Source of the DNA: an uncultured Chloroflexia bacterium
GTDB lineage: Bacteria > Chloroflexota > Chloroflexia > Thermomicrobiales > UBA6265
Direction of reading: 5' to 3'
DNA length: 64,000 nucleotides
Assembly (NCBI GenBank): GCA_963777865.1
Contig: CAVZSG010000004.1
Location: 115,650-179,649 of the forward strand
In this document: positions 22,465 through 32,967 of the stretch, in pieces
Layout: the number at the start of each line of letters is the position of its first letter
How positions within the stretch are numbered: position 1 is the stretch's first letter
Made by a program: the position numbers and the translations under genes
Notes under the pieces: model-generated
The model's input: only the letters and a program-made list of their open reading frames with translations
What the model was told of the DNA's origin: nothing
Databases searched by the model: none

Positions 22465-23829
22465 ATGGATAGCATCCTCAAACTTGTCGCCGTGTTCGCC
22501 CTGATTCTGATCAACGGACTCTTTGTCGCGGCCGAATTTGCCCTCGTTGGCGTTCGCCCGACCAGAATCGATCAGCTCGTTGCGGAAGGCAATCGCTGGG
22601 CCAAGCTGGTCAAACGGGCAATGGCGGATCCTAACCGCTTCATCTCGGCCGCACAGGTCGGCATCACGGTCGCCAGTCTTGGCCTCGGTTGGCTCGCTGA
22701 ACCTGCTGTAGCGACACTGATTGAGCCAGTGATCCATTCGATCTTCGGCGAAAGCTCTCGAATCAGCTCACATGTTATTGCCGGTATCATCGCGCTCACC
22801 ATCATCACCATGCTGCATATTGTCCTTGGCGAGCAGGTCCCGAAAATGATTGCCCTCCAGCGATCAGAATCCACCATACTCACCATCGCCCCAATTGTGT
22901 CGGCCATCGCCGTTCCGTTCCGCCCGCTGATCGCGTTGCTGTACTGGTTAACCGGACTCGTCCTGAAAGTGCTCCGTCTCGAGTGGAAGGGCGAACATCA
23001 CCTCGTCTACTCCGAAGATGAGCTCAAGATGATGATCACGGCCAGTCATCAGAAGGGCATTCTCGACGAGAACGAGGAGGCGATGATCAATCGCGTCTTC
23101 GGGTTCGCCGAAATGGTGACCGAGCAAGTGATGGTCCCCCGCACTGAGATCGAGGCCATTCCAGTCCGGGCCACCCTCGAAGAGACCATCAAGATCGTGG
23201 CCGATAGTGGGCACTCCCGCTACCCGGTTTATGGCGAGAATCTCGATGACATCCGCGGCGTCTTTCATGCCAAGGACCTGTACACCCTGCTCGCCCGCAA
23301 TGAGCAGCATCGGTTCAGCCTAAGGCGCATGGTGCGCATTCCGCTGATGGTCGCGGAGTCGACCAATCTCGATGTCCTGCTGACCCGCATGAAGCGGGAG
23401 CGCACCCAGATTGCGATCGTCGTCGACGAGTACGGCGGCACCGCTGGCATGGTCGCTATGGAGGACATCCTTGAGCGGATCATCGGCGACGTGCAGGACG
23501 AGTTCGAGACGGACGGCGAAGACATCGTGGTGCTTGATGCCGGCAACGCCCGAATCAGCGGATTGATCTCACTTGAGGACGTCAATGAGCGCTTCGGCCT
23601 GAAACTCGAAGACGCGCATTACAACACCATCGGCGGATTCGTCTTCGGTCAATTGGGTCGGCGCCCGGAGGTCGGGGATGTGGTCACGATCGACGATCTC
23701 AAGCTGACCGTATCCGAGCTGGATGGCCTGCGCATCGACCGGATCGAGATTTCCCGCATCCCGCTCGACAACAACGGTAACGGCGCCGAGCATACCGAAT
23801 CAGATCTACCGGAAGCGACGGACAGCTAG
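22465..23829 (+). CDS. Hemolysin/CNNM family protein (DUF21-CBS-CorC/HlyC)
   Basis: 'NGLFVAAEFALV', 'QVGITVASLGLGW', 'GEQVPK', 'VMVPR', 'HSRYPV', 'VDEYGGTAG'. Confidence 0.94.
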   Translation: MDSILKLVAVFALILINGLFVAAEFALVGVRPTRIDQLVAEGNRWAKLVKRAMADPNRFISAAQVGITVASLGLGWLAEPAVATLIEPVIHSIFGESSRISSHVIAGIIALTIITMLHIVLGEQVPKMIALQRSESTILTIAPIVSAIAVPFRPLIALLYWLTGLVLKVLRLEWKGEHHLVYSEDELKMMITASHQKGILDENEEAMINRVFGFAEMVTEQVMVPRTEIEAIPVRATLEETIKIVADSGHSRYPVYGENLDDIRGVFHAKDLYTLLARNEQHRFSLRRMVRIPLMVAESTNLDVLLTRMKRERTQIAIVVDEYGGTAGMVAMEDILERIIGDVQDEFETDGEDIVVLDAGNARISGLISLEDVNERFGLKLEDAHYNTIGGFVFGQLGRRPEVGDVVTIDDLKLTVSELDGLRIDRIEISRIPLDNNGNGAEHTESDLPEATDS

Positions 23830-25085
23830 TCTCCGGACGATGTCGGTGTCACACCCCACGTGCCGACGCGTTGCTTATCGACATCGATCTTCTGCGTGAA
23901 GTACAGCGACGCGAACACGAAGACGGTTCCGAAGATGAACGGGAACCGATACCCCAACGTATCCCAAAGCGTCGCTCCAATGATCGGCACAGCAATTGCG
24001 GTCACGTGAGCCAGCGAAACTCCCATCGCCAGCGTCGGGGTCAGGTCTTCACGCCGTGCGATCTTCTTGATGTAGGTCGTCGTGCCGATACTGAAGAGCG
24101 AGAGGAAGTTGTATCCGAGATACGCCACATACGCGAACCAGACATTTGGAGCGAGTGCGAATCCCAAAAAGGTCGCCAGGTGCAGACTGTAGGCGAGATT
24201 GAGTGTCCACTTCTCGCCATGCTTGTCGACCAGCTGACCAATCGGTTCGCCCAATTTCCATTTGATCAACGCCGCCAGCATCAGGACCAGAATCAAGTGG
24301 CGTGCCGGCACATCGAATCGCTCTACCAACACAAACGGAGCGAACGCGAAGTAAATTTGCTGGCGGGAACCGTCCAGGGTGGCGAGCACGTAGTACAGCC
24401 AGTAATCCTTGCTCCAGGTTACCCGTGGCGCATCCCTTGCCGCCTTCCAGTCACGATCCGATTGCGGGAACTTGCGAATCACAACCGCACCGATCACTGC
24501 AACGATTCCGGTGAATATCCAGAAGATGCGCAGGATCTTGTCCTGATTGTCGTCTCCGGTAATCCACTCTGACCCCTGAAGGGCAGTCCAGACCAGCACG
24601 AGAGCCAGGAACGTTCCCAGGAAACCAATGCCCTGCAGTTTGCCGAGGGTCGACCCCTCTTCACCGTTCCGGGCGAGCGTCAACCCCAACGCATACTGGA
24701 GTTGCAACCACGAGTGATACCCAACCGAGGCAATCAGGATCGGAATGATCGCCTGGTTGAAGGTGTGGGTAAACGCAAAGAGAGAGAAGCCAATACCGGC
24801 GATGAAGATGGATAAACATGTCGCCCAGGCCAGGCCCCGACGCAACATGATCGCCGAGATGAAAATCAGCAGAAACCCGGGCACCTCGCGAATCGCGATC
24901 AGATAGCCGTTCTGCTTCCCATCCATGCCGAGACTGTCGCGGAAGAAGTTCGCCTGGATTGAATCGAAGCAACTGAGCGCCAGGGTCATGCAGAACGTGG
25001 TTATCGCCAGCAGCTTGAAGCCATACACGACCTGAGCGCGCGTATAGGCCATCGCTCGCGGGTTCGGTCGAAATCGATTGTGCAA
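23826..25085 (-). CDS. MFS transporter
   Basis: About 12 hydrophobic segments, 'IREVPG', 'GQLVDKHGEK' loop motif. Confidence 0.82.
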   Translation of the reverse strand: MHNRFRPNPRAMAYTRAQVVYGFKLLAITTFCMTLALSCFDSIQANFFRDSLGMDGKQNGYLIAIREVPGFLLIFISAIMLRRGLAWATCLSIFIAGIGFSLFAFTHTFNQAIIPILIASVGYHSWLQLQYALGLTLARNGEEGSTLGKLQGIGFLGTFLALVLVWTALQGSEWITGDDNQDKILRIFWIFTGIVAVIGAVVIRKFPQSDRDWKAARDAPRVTWSKDYWLYYVLATLDGSRQQIYFAFAPFVLVERFDVPARHLILVLMLAALIKWKLGEPIGQLVDKHGEKWTLNLAYSLHLATFLGFALAPNVWFAYVAYLGYNFLSLFSIGTTTYIKKIARREDLTPTLAMGVSLAHVTAIAVPIIGATLWDTLGYRFPFIFGTVFVFASLYFTQKIDVDKQRVGTWGVTPTSSGD

Positions 25086-25139
25086 CCACGGAGAATGTGA
25101 CCCTACGCTAAGTGAACCGCCACGATTCGGGATTGTACG

Positions 25140-26409
25140 TCAGTCAACGCGCCGATTTGGGCCAGTGATTAGCCGGACGCGCCGGTGGAAGGTCAGGTAT
25201 CCCCACACCCAGTGCGACATCACCAGCAGACGGTTCCTGAACCCGATCAGGTTAATCAGATGGATCATCACCCAGGCAAGCCAGGCCATAAGCCCCTGCA
25301 ACTTCAACCCGAACACAACGGCGATGGCGTGATTCCGTCCGATCGTCGCCATATTGCCCAGGTCCTTGTACTTGAAGGCGGTTTCGGGCTCACCCTTCAG
25401 TCTCCGTGCAATGTTCCTCGCCGCCCATTTCCCTTGCTGTATCGCCACCTGAGCGACTCCCGGATACTGCTTGCCATCCGGTCCGTTCAGCGCAGCCAGG
25501 TCCCCGGTCACATAGACCTCGTCGTGTCGTGCCAACGCCAGATTCGGTTGAACCACAACACGACCCGCCCGGTCTGTCTCAACCCCAAGCGCCCGTCCCA
25601 ACCCGGACGCCTGAACCCCGGCAGCCCACAATACGGTGGTCGCTGCGATCTGCTCGCCCGAGGCCAGGGTGACTCCAGACGCGTCGATATTGGTAACCAT
25701 CGAATTCAACCGGACATCGACACCGAGGTGTTCGAGATCCTGCTGTGCCCGGGCGGCCAGCTTCTCCGGGAAGGCAAGGAGAATGCGTGGCGCGGCCTCG
25801 ATAAGCAGGATCTTCGCCTGGGTCGGATCAATGGTATCGAAGTCCCGCGCGATGCTGTGCCGGGCGATTTCCGCGATCGCTCCAGCCAGTTCAACCCCGG
25901 TTGGGCCTCCTCCAACAATGGCAAACGTAAGGTGTTTGCGCCGCTCGTCGTCCGACTTGGCCCGTTCCGCTGCCTCGAACGCCAGCAGAATCTGATTGCG
26001 GATTCCGACCGCGTCATCCAGATTCTTGAGACCGCGGGCATACGGTTCCCATTCGTCATGACCGAAGTACGAATGCGTCGCCCCCGCGCCCTACGATCAG
26101 GTAGTCGTATGAAAACGATTCTCCATCAATGAGCGTCACCGATTTCGCACCGAGGTCGATCCCCGACACCTCGCCGAGAATGACCCGGACGTTCTCCTGT
26201 TTGCGGAGAATCGCACGGATCGGCGCAGCTATATCGGCTGGTGAAAGTGAGGCTGTCGCAACCTGGTACAGGAGTGGCTGGAACACGTGGTGATTGCGCT
26301 GGTCGATGAGCGTGATTGAGACTGGCGCGTCTTTCAGCGCCTTGGTCGCGTTCAGTCCGGCAAAACCGCCACCAACGACAACGACATGGGGCCGGGTAGA
26401 CGTGGACAT
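25140..26409 (-). CDS. ndh: Type II NADH:quinone oxidoreductase (frameshift near 26090)
   Basis: 'VVVVGGGFAG', 'HHVFQPLLYQVATA', 'IVGGGPTGVELAG', 'WAAGV', 'AQVAIQQG', 'YKDLGNMATIGR'. Confidence 0.9.
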
Positions 26410-26432
26410 CGTGGGATTCCCCCAGGCATGAA

Positions 26433-26723
26433 TCAGTACGGGATCAGTTCGGTCTCGACTTCACCCATTGAACCCAGTTCCACGTTGCCATCGACAAACG
26501 CGATCACTGCATTCAATACGTCGCTGCAATGCGCACCGCTGTTACTCACACAGGTCACGCCAATGGTCGCAATCTTGTGGTCGTCCAGATCGGCGACTTC
26601 GGCGGCGGCAACATTGAACCGATTGTGAATCCGCTGGATCAGCGATTTCACGACCCGTCGCTTTTCCTTGAGCGACTGGGACGCCTGAAGGTAAAGCGTA
26701 ATCTGGGCAACACCGATCGTCAC
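26433..26723 (-). CDS. DUF503 (YlxP) family protein
   Basis: 'SLKEKRRVVKSL...FNVAAAEV...D' characteristic motif. Confidence 0.9.
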   Translation of the reverse strand: MTIGVAQITLYLQASQSLKEKRRVVKSLIQRIHNRFNVAAAEVADLDDHKIATIGVTCVSNSGAHCSDVLNAVIAFVDGNVELGSMGEVETELIPY

Positions 26724-26726
26724 GGT

Positions 26727-27233
26727 TTACGCTCCAGCCGGAACCACCCGAACCTGAACCGCATCCTCTACCCGCTCCCAGGTCCAGCTGACTCCGCACG
26801 CCGTTGCAATCGGCGTGATCAGATCGAACATGATGTCACCATCGACGTGCTCAAGACCCATTCCTTCGAGAATCTCGAGATCGGGAAAATGGTGAATCAC
26901 CGCCGTCGCGAAATCGTCAGCAAATTCCGCCTGCACGGCCTCGCCGCCGAACGTCGTCAAATTGACGATGGTCGCATCGAGGAAATCTTCCGGAGTCCAT
27001 GTTTCCTCAGTGTCCCAACCGCGGGCAAACACAGTACCCAGCTCATTGGCCCAATCGGAAGCTGATAGTCCGTTCTTCTCGAGGAATGAGACCGTGGCCA
27101 ACGCCATCGCCAGCGTGTTCGCTCGAAGCAATTCAAGCTGGTCCTCAGGCGTGAACTCCAGCATCTCATCCTGGTCGTCGATCTCATCGTGTTCAGTTTG
27201 TTCAGTCATTGGAGTTCCCTGGTGGTCCGTCAT
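26727..27233 (-). CDS. Hypothetical acidic protein
   Basis: 168-aa ORF, co-directional with and closely spaced to DUF503-ndh; no recognised motif. Confidence 0.65.
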   Translation of the reverse strand: MTDHQGTPMTEQTEHDEIDDQDEMLEFTPEDQLELLRANTLAMALATVSFLEKNGLSASDWANELGTVFARGWDTEETWTPEDFLDATIVNLTTFGGEAVQAEFADDFATAVIHHFPDLEILEGMGLEHVDGDIMFDLITPIATACGVSWTWERVEDAVQVRVVPAGA

Positions 27234-27309
27234 CGTCAGGACACAGTATCGACCAGAATGACCGGGCGACGTCGGTTAGCATTCCCGGTACGAGCAGAAT
27301 CCAGGAAAG

Positions 27310-28878
27310 GTGCGTACCGTGCCAGCGAATACCTACGATGTTGTGATTATCGGTGGCGGCCACAACGGTCTGATCGCGGCCAGTTATCTCGCGAAAGCGG
27401 GGCATTCAGTTTGTGTCCTGGAGCGCTATCACGAGGTCGGCGGGGCAGCGTACACCCAGGAAATCCATCCGGGCTATCTGCTCAGTGAAGGCAGCTACGT
27501 TCTCTCGTTAATGCCCCGCAAGATCATTGACGATCTTGGGGTGACCGACGACATCCAGTTGGTCAAGCGCAACCCACGCTTCTTCATGCCGTTCCTCGAT
27601 GGCCAGTCACTGACGGCCTGGGAAGACGACTCCCGCTTCCTCGATGAAATCCGCAAGTTCTCGCACAAGGACGCGGAGAACTACCCCCGGTACGACGCGT
27701 TCGTCGAGAAGGCGTCCGAGGTGATGGACAAGTACATCCTTCGCAACCCGCCCTCATTCGCCGAGTTCGCCAACGAGTTCCAGTCGGTCGATGACGCACG
27801 TATCTTCCAGAAGATGATCCTTGGCTCCGCTGCCGATGTTGCCGAGTACTTCTTCGAGTCCGACCAGATCCAGGCAAACTCGGTTGCGTTCGGTCTGATC
27901 GGAACATTCCGTGGTCCGCGCGATGCCGGAACTGCCTATGTCAAGCTCTACCACTCGATGGGTATGGTCACCGGTCGTCGCGGTCAATGGGCATACGTCA
28001 AAGGCGCGATGGGTGCCGTAAGTCAGGCGTACAAGCGGGTCGCCCTTGCCAATGGCGTCACTATCCGCACCAGCGCCGACGTGGCCAAGGTCTGTGTCGC
28101 AAATGGACGGGCTAGCGGAGTTGTGACGACCGATGGCGAAGAGTTCCACGCCAAAGTCGTGCTCTCCAATGCCGATCCCAAGCGAACGTATCTGAAGCTG
28201 GTTGATGAGGCGCATCTGCCCGTCGATTTCATCGCGGACATTCAGGCTATCCAGATGACGTCACCGGTCATGAAGATCAACCTGGCGCTGGACGAATTAC
28301 CCCGGTACACCGCGGCCGGCGACGATCAATCCCGGGCACACACTGGTGGCGTCTTCATTGCGGCCAGCATCGATTACATGCAGAAGGCGTATGAAGAAGC
28401 CCGAGCCGGCAAGCCATCCGACTACCCCTTCTTCAGCGTCCACACCCAGTCGGCGCTCGATCCATCCGTAGCACCGGACGGCAAGGCCACGCTCTCGATT
28501 TTCACCCAATACTTCCCATATGAGCTTGCAGAAGGCACCTGGGATGAGCGCCGCGAGGCAATTGCTGACCACGCAATCAGGCGATACGCCGAGTACGCCC
28601 CGAATGTGCCGAACGCAGTGGTCGCTCGCCAGGTTCTCGCCCCGCCAGACATCGAGGATCGATTCGGCCTTACCGGGGGCCACATCTTCCAGGGTGAACT
28701 GGTCCCCGAGCAGGCCTTCGACATGCGCCCGGTGCCGGGATCAAAAGAGTACGAAGGCCCGATCAAGGGTCTCTATCTGTGCGGTTCCGGAGCATGGCCG
28801 GGTGGTTGCGTGATGGGCGCCGCTGGTCACAACGCCGCCCACGAGGCAATCGGCAAACTCAAGTCCGGTCGGTGGTAA
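27310..28878 (+). CDS. Phytoene dehydrogenase-like NAD(P)/FAD-dependent oxidoreductase
   Basis: 'YDVVIIGGGHNGL', 'LER...VGGA', 'GLTGGHIFQGE', 'GLYLCGSGAWPGGCVMG'. Confidence 0.88.
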   Translation: MRTVPANTYDVVIIGGGHNGLIAASYLAKAGHSVCVLERYHEVGGAAYTQEIHPGYLLSEGSYVLSLMPRKIIDDLGVTDDIQLVKRNPRFFMPFLDGQSLTAWEDDSRFLDEIRKFSHKDAENYPRYDAFVEKASEVMDKYILRNPPSFAEFANEFQSVDDARIFQKMILGSAADVAEYFFESDQIQANSVAFGLIGTFRGPRDAGTAYVKLYHSMGMVTGRRGQWAYVKGAMGAVSQAYKRVALANGVTIRTSADVAKVCVANGRASGVVTTDGEEFHAKVVLSNADPKRTYLKLVDEAHLPVDFIADIQAIQMTSPVMKINLALDELPRYTAAGDDQSRAHTGGVFIAASIDYMQKAYEEARAGKPSDYPFFSVHTQSALDPSVAPDGKATLSIFTQYFPYELAEGTWDERREAIADHAIRRYAEYAPNVPNAVVARQVLAPPDIEDRFGLTGGHIFQGELVPEQAFDMRPVPGSKEYEGPIKGLYLCGSGAWPGGCVMGAAGHNAAHEAIGKLKSGRW

Positions 28879-28903
28879 CGGGAGAGCCCGTGCTCTCCCG
28901 TTA
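28876..28903. terminator. Bidirectional hairpin between convergent genes
   Basis: Perfect 12-bp stem TAACGGGAGAGC-ccgt-GCTCTCCCGTTA. Confidence 0.7.
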
Positions 28904-28906
28904 TGC

Positions 28907-30220
28907 CTAAAGCGTGCTGTCGTCTGTTATCCGCAGCGGTTCGCATTCACCATCGACAACGCAACTGACCTGCGAATCTCCCAGATCCTGGGCGAGCGCC
29001 AGCGCATCCTCTATTGACCCTTCACCCTGAACGTCAATCGAAATGAGTTGATCGTCTATCTGCAGGAAAAGCCGAACCGAATCCAGCTCACCTTCTCCCT
29101 CCGGACTTGCAAATACGAACGCCAGGCTTGCGTCCACTCCGGCAACATCAATTTCGTCAGTTTCATCGAGCAGATCGTACCGCGGCATGATCGCGTCGGT
29201 ATTGTCCATTGCCGCTTCAACTGCCTCAGCCGACTCAAACGTAGTCACTCCGACGGTTACGTATGGCAGAACCGCCGTGATGCTCTCAGAGAAGGACCCG
29301 GAACGGAAGTACCCGCTCAAATATCCTGTTGGTGCCAGTTCGGGATCGCTGACGAGGAACGCTTCGCTCGATGTCTGGTATCCCTCGGAAACGCCGGTCG
29401 TCTCAAACGTGACCACCTGATCGGGCAGCGAGTAATCGATCTGCTCCACAGGTTCGCCAGCAATTACTGCTGTCGCCCGAAGTTCAATGTCGGACGCCAT
29501 CTGATCGACGACGTTTGTGTCAGGCTCGGACCCATCATACGTTTCCATTGCCGCGCCAATTTCGTAGCGACCGACCGTAAAGGAAACATCGTACGAATTG
29601 GTCTGTGTACCGTCACCATTCTCGATCGTGCCCGTGCTGATCTCCGACGGCTCCGAACCAACACCCTCCAGGCCAGGCAAATCCTCAAAACTGCCATTCG
29701 GAACCAGCGTTTCTTCATCCTCAAGAATGGCGAATCCGTCCGCGGCGCCCTCAGGGGTTTCGAAGGAAATGATGTACGTCCGAACTGTGTTGCCCTCGGC
29801 ATTTACGTAGTAGCTGTCGTAATAAAGCTCGAGGCCGGTCGCCAGCAAAGCGGCAGGATCAATCTGTCCGGCCAGGCTGTTTGCAAGGTCCTCTGCACTC
29901 GTATACCCCTCACCGATCAGGAACCACCCCTCCGGCAAGGAGCTTGAATCGAGCACCATCGCTGCGAGCGATACATCACCGCCAGCGACCGGACTTGCAA
30001 CTGACTCCGGTGTGGCGTCGTCCTCATCGTCAGCGTCGGTATTCCGAATCTTCGCCTTCGTCCGATTCACCGGCACCTGGTTCATCATCAGCACCGGGGT
30101 TTCGAGCTTGATGGGACTGTTCGGGTCTGGTCCGTCACTCTGGGCCAAGCCAATTCCCGTGGCTGAGAGTGTCAGTAACAGAACAGCAAGCAACGTGAGC
30201 AATCGTTTGAAAATGGGCAT
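28907..30220 (-). CDS. Secreted acidic hypothetical protein
   Basis: Sec-type signal 'MPIFKRLLTLLAVLLLTLSATGIGLA'; 'ATPESVASPVA' linker; very Asp/Glu-rich. Confidence 0.8.
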   Translation of the reverse strand: MPIFKRLLTLLAVLLLTLSATGIGLAQSDGPDPNSPIKLETPVLMMNQVPVNRTKAKIRNTDADDEDDATPESVASPVAGGDVSLAAMVLDSSSLPEGWFLIGEGYTSAEDLANSLAGQIDPAALLATGLELYYDSYYVNAEGNTVRTYIISFETPEGAADGFAILEDEETLVPNGSFEDLPGLEGVGSEPSEISTGTIENGDGTQTNSYDVSFTVGRYEIGAAMETYDGSEPDTNVVDQMASDIELRATAVIAGEPVEQIDYSLPDQVVTFETTGVSEGYQTSSEAFLVSDPELAPTGYLSGYFRSGSFSESITAVLPYVTVGVTTFESAEAVEAAMDNTDAIMPRYDLLDETDEIDVAGVDASLAFVFASPEGEGELDSVRLFLQIDDQLISIDVQGEGSIEDALALAQDLGDSQVSCVVDGECEPLRITDDSTL

Positions 30221-30310
30221 CGAGCGTCTCCTGAGCCGGTATCGATCTGGTTCCTGTGACTGATAGTACGATGAAATTGCGGGTGTCAGACGTATCTCAC
30301 TGGACCGAGG

Positions 30311-31393
30311 TCAAGGTAGGGAGACCAGTTCCGGACCAATCTCGATCGGATGCACCTGATTCTCGCTTGCTTCAATCAACGCGAGCATGATCCTGGTGGC
30401 GATCGTCTCGGTCTTCTCCAGGTTTGGATAGCCCCAGATATCCACACACCAGATCAAGTTGCCAATTGCCTGGAACAGCACTCCGTTCCAGGTTCCCGAG
30501 GCATGCTCATACGCATACAGGAGCGCATCCGGCAGCCCCCGATCTATCGGAATGAAGGTGTGCTCCAGCATCCAGGTAGCCATCAAACCGGACTTGTTCT
30601 GGACGGCTTCAGCAGCCTGCTCAGACTCGCCAAATCGCAACACGTCCACCGCATGCAGACGCCTCGCGGAACCGTGTGCCACCCAGGCGTCCGTCCATCC
30701 TCGTCGATAGCAGGACTTGAACCCGACAGCAGCATCCTTCTTATCGGCCAGACTGTACCGACTGGCCCGATGCAGATAATTCTCAAAGGTGGCCGGAGGC
30801 GAGAACAGCGGAACTATGCGGGGCAATTCCAGATCAATGCCCTCTGGCTCCGCTCCAGACTGCACTATCTGAAACCGTTCGACCGCTGCAAGTGCGGCTC
30901 GATTTGCCCCCTGCGGAGCAGAGCGCATCGCGATGTCATTGACTCGCTCAGCCGCATGCCAGATCGCCCGAACCGAAAGCGCTCCGATTGCATAGGCCAC
31001 GGCGCAAACCGGAAACACGCGATCCTCACCGTCGTCCTCCTCAAGCACAATTCCGGAGTGGACTACTGATCGCAAATCAGGATCGAGCAGCATGAGGTTG
31101 TCTTCGGCGAAATCACTTTCGGCAGCCATCCGGTCCAGACTGCCATTGGCAATCACCAGATCAAGATCGACTGTTGCCGTTTCGGCGAACTGGAGGATCT
31201 GCACCTCCATGAAGCCACCACCATGTCTCTGTTCGTAGGTCGCTTCATATGCGCCGACGAGTGCGCCGACAGGTGCCTGCCAGCCAGTTGCGATAGCGTG
31301 GACTCGTTCGAGTGCAATGTACGCACCGTTGGTCAACTCGTATCCAGGAGGCATGTCCAGATCGGGAGGGACTATCGCAGCAAGATCAATCAT
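30311..31393 (-). CDS. Hypothetical protein, probable diverged paralog of the neighbouring secreted protein
   Basis: GGAGA RBS before ATG at 31393; shares motifs with 28907..30220 (see findings). Confidence 0.65.
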   Translation of the reverse strand: MIDLAAIVPPDLDMPPGYELTNGAYIALERVHAIATGWQAPVGALVGAYEATYEQRHGGGFMEVQILQFAETATVDLDLVIANGSLDRMAAESDFAEDNLMLLDPDLRSVVHSGIVLEEDDGEDRVFPVCAVAYAIGALSVRAIWHAAERVNDIAMRSAPQGANRAALAAVERFQIVQSGAEPEGIDLELPRIVPLFSPPATFENYLHRASRYSLADKKDAAVGFKSCYRRGWTDAWVAHGSARRLHAVDVLRFGESEQAAEAVQNKSGLMATWMLEHTFIPIDRGLPDALLYAYEHASGTWNGVLFQAIGNLIWCVDIWGYPNLEKTETIATRIMLALIEASENQVHPIEIGPELVSLP

Positions 31394-31425
31394 CCGCTTG
31401 TCTCCCGATGGTCGAACTGCAATTG

Positions 31426-31939
31426 CTATTCGCCGACTTGTCCATCGATGAGTTCCCGGATCAGGTCCGCGTGACCGCAATGGCGACCAACTTCTTCGAC
31501 CATATGCGTCAGGATCCAGCCAACGTTGTAGCCACGTTCGACATTGCGGGGATGCTTCGGAATGTCGTCCCATCCGATACCCGCCAAAACCTGCTCGGTG
31601 CGAATGGCTTCAGCTTGATACTCAGCCGTGAGCGCGTCGAGCGTATCGGCCGATGTCAGCTTCCATTCGCCATCCGGATCTTCGTCAGTCCAGTCAAACG
31701 TGACGTCCAGACCCCCGATGCCCTGGGCAATCCACGAGCGTTCAACGTTGATCGAATGTTTCAGGATCGCAAGCAAGCAGGTTCCGGATTCGACCGGCGA
31801 CCATCGCAGCTGTTCCTCGGTCAAACCGGAACATTTCCAGATCGAGCGTCTCCCGCAAGAACCGATGGAACCCCATTACTTGCTCGACTGGACTTCCAGA
31901 GTGCACTGGTTCGTGTCGACCCTGCTCATCAATCATCAT
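31426..31939 (-). CDS. DinB/DUF664 family protein (frameshift near 31840)
   Basis: 'LTEEQLR', 'LLAILKH...VERSW', 'WILTHMVEEVGRHCGHADLIRELIDG'. Confidence 0.88.
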
Positions 31940-32015
31940 TTGGCGTCGTTGCTCCTGTTCACGGGAATGCGGCGTTCGGAGGATGATACCCAACCAGACC
32001 GCACAGGCGACGCGA

Positions 32016-32951
32016 TCAGGCGAAATAGAGAATTGCCAGCGAGGTAACTACCCATCCAATGATGCAGGAAATCAGACCCGGATCCTTGATCAGGAGAATT
32101 TCCGGACTTCCGCCTTCCCCTCGCCGGTAGACCAGATAGAGATACCGGAACAGTCCATACGCGACGAACGGAATCGTGAACATCATTGCGTGGCTATCAG
32201 GGACGTTGCTGGCATCAAAGGTGTACAGGGAATACGAAATCAGCATCGCGGCCGATACGATCGCGATGATCTGGTCCAGCATCGGCAGGCTGTATTCCTC
32301 GAGATTCGCCCGATGCTGACCTGCTGTCGCCTCGAGCGTCACCAGCTCGTTCCGCCGCTTACCAAATCCGATGAACAACGCTCCGAGCGCGGTGCAGACG
32401 AACAGCCAGGGCGAGGCGGTCACAGAGATCGCTACCGCACCACCAGCGGCCCGCAATACGAACCCGGCGGCAATCGCGAACACGTCCACGATCACAAGCG
32501 TCTTCAGGCCGTATGAATAGGCAATCATCAGAGCGATATAGCCGATGATGATGAGCGAAAACGCTGGCCGAATTGCTACCGATGTAATCAACCCCACCGT
32601 AAGCAGCATGATGGCAACACGGGTTGCCTGAGCAACGCTGACCTCTCCCGCCGCAATTGGTCGGAATTGCTTCTTCGGGTGATGCCGATCCTGCTCGATG
32701 TCTCGCACGTCATTTATCAGGTAGATCGCGCTACTGACCGCGCAGAAGACCATGGCCGCAGCTAAGCAGCGCCAAACCGCATCGAACTCGAAAACTCGTC
32801 GGTCAAACAAGAGGGCCGCAAAGACCAGCGAGTTCTTGGTCCATTGCAACGGACGCATGGCGCGGATCAATGGAGGCAATGCCGCGTATTGCCTGGCAAC
32901 CGCTGCCTGCGCTCCGCGTGAATATCCCTCTGCCTGAACAGCGTTACTCAT
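32016..32951 (-). CDS. UbiA-family prenyltransferase, decaprenyl-phosphate phosphoribosyltransferase-like
   Basis: 'MRPLQWTKN', 'YLINDVRDIEQDRHHPKKQFRPIAAG', 'GFVLRA', 'KRRNE', 'YGLFRY'. Confidence 0.9.
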   Translation of the reverse strand: MSNAVQAEGYSRGAQAAVARQYAALPPLIRAMRPLQWTKNSLVFAALLFDRRVFEFDAVWRCLAAAMVFCAVSSAIYLINDVRDIEQDRHHPKKQFRPIAAGEVSVAQATRVAIMLLTVGLITSVAIRPAFSLIIIGYIALMIAYSYGLKTLVIVDVFAIAAGFVLRAAGGAVAISVTASPWLFVCTALGALFIGFGKRRNELVTLEATAGQHRANLEEYSLPMLDQIIAIVSAAMLISYSLYTFDASNVPDSHAMMFTIPFVAYGLFRYLYLVYRRGEGGSPEILLIKDPGLISCIIGWVVTSLAILYFA

Positions 32952-32967
32952 GTACCCGTCGTCTTGC

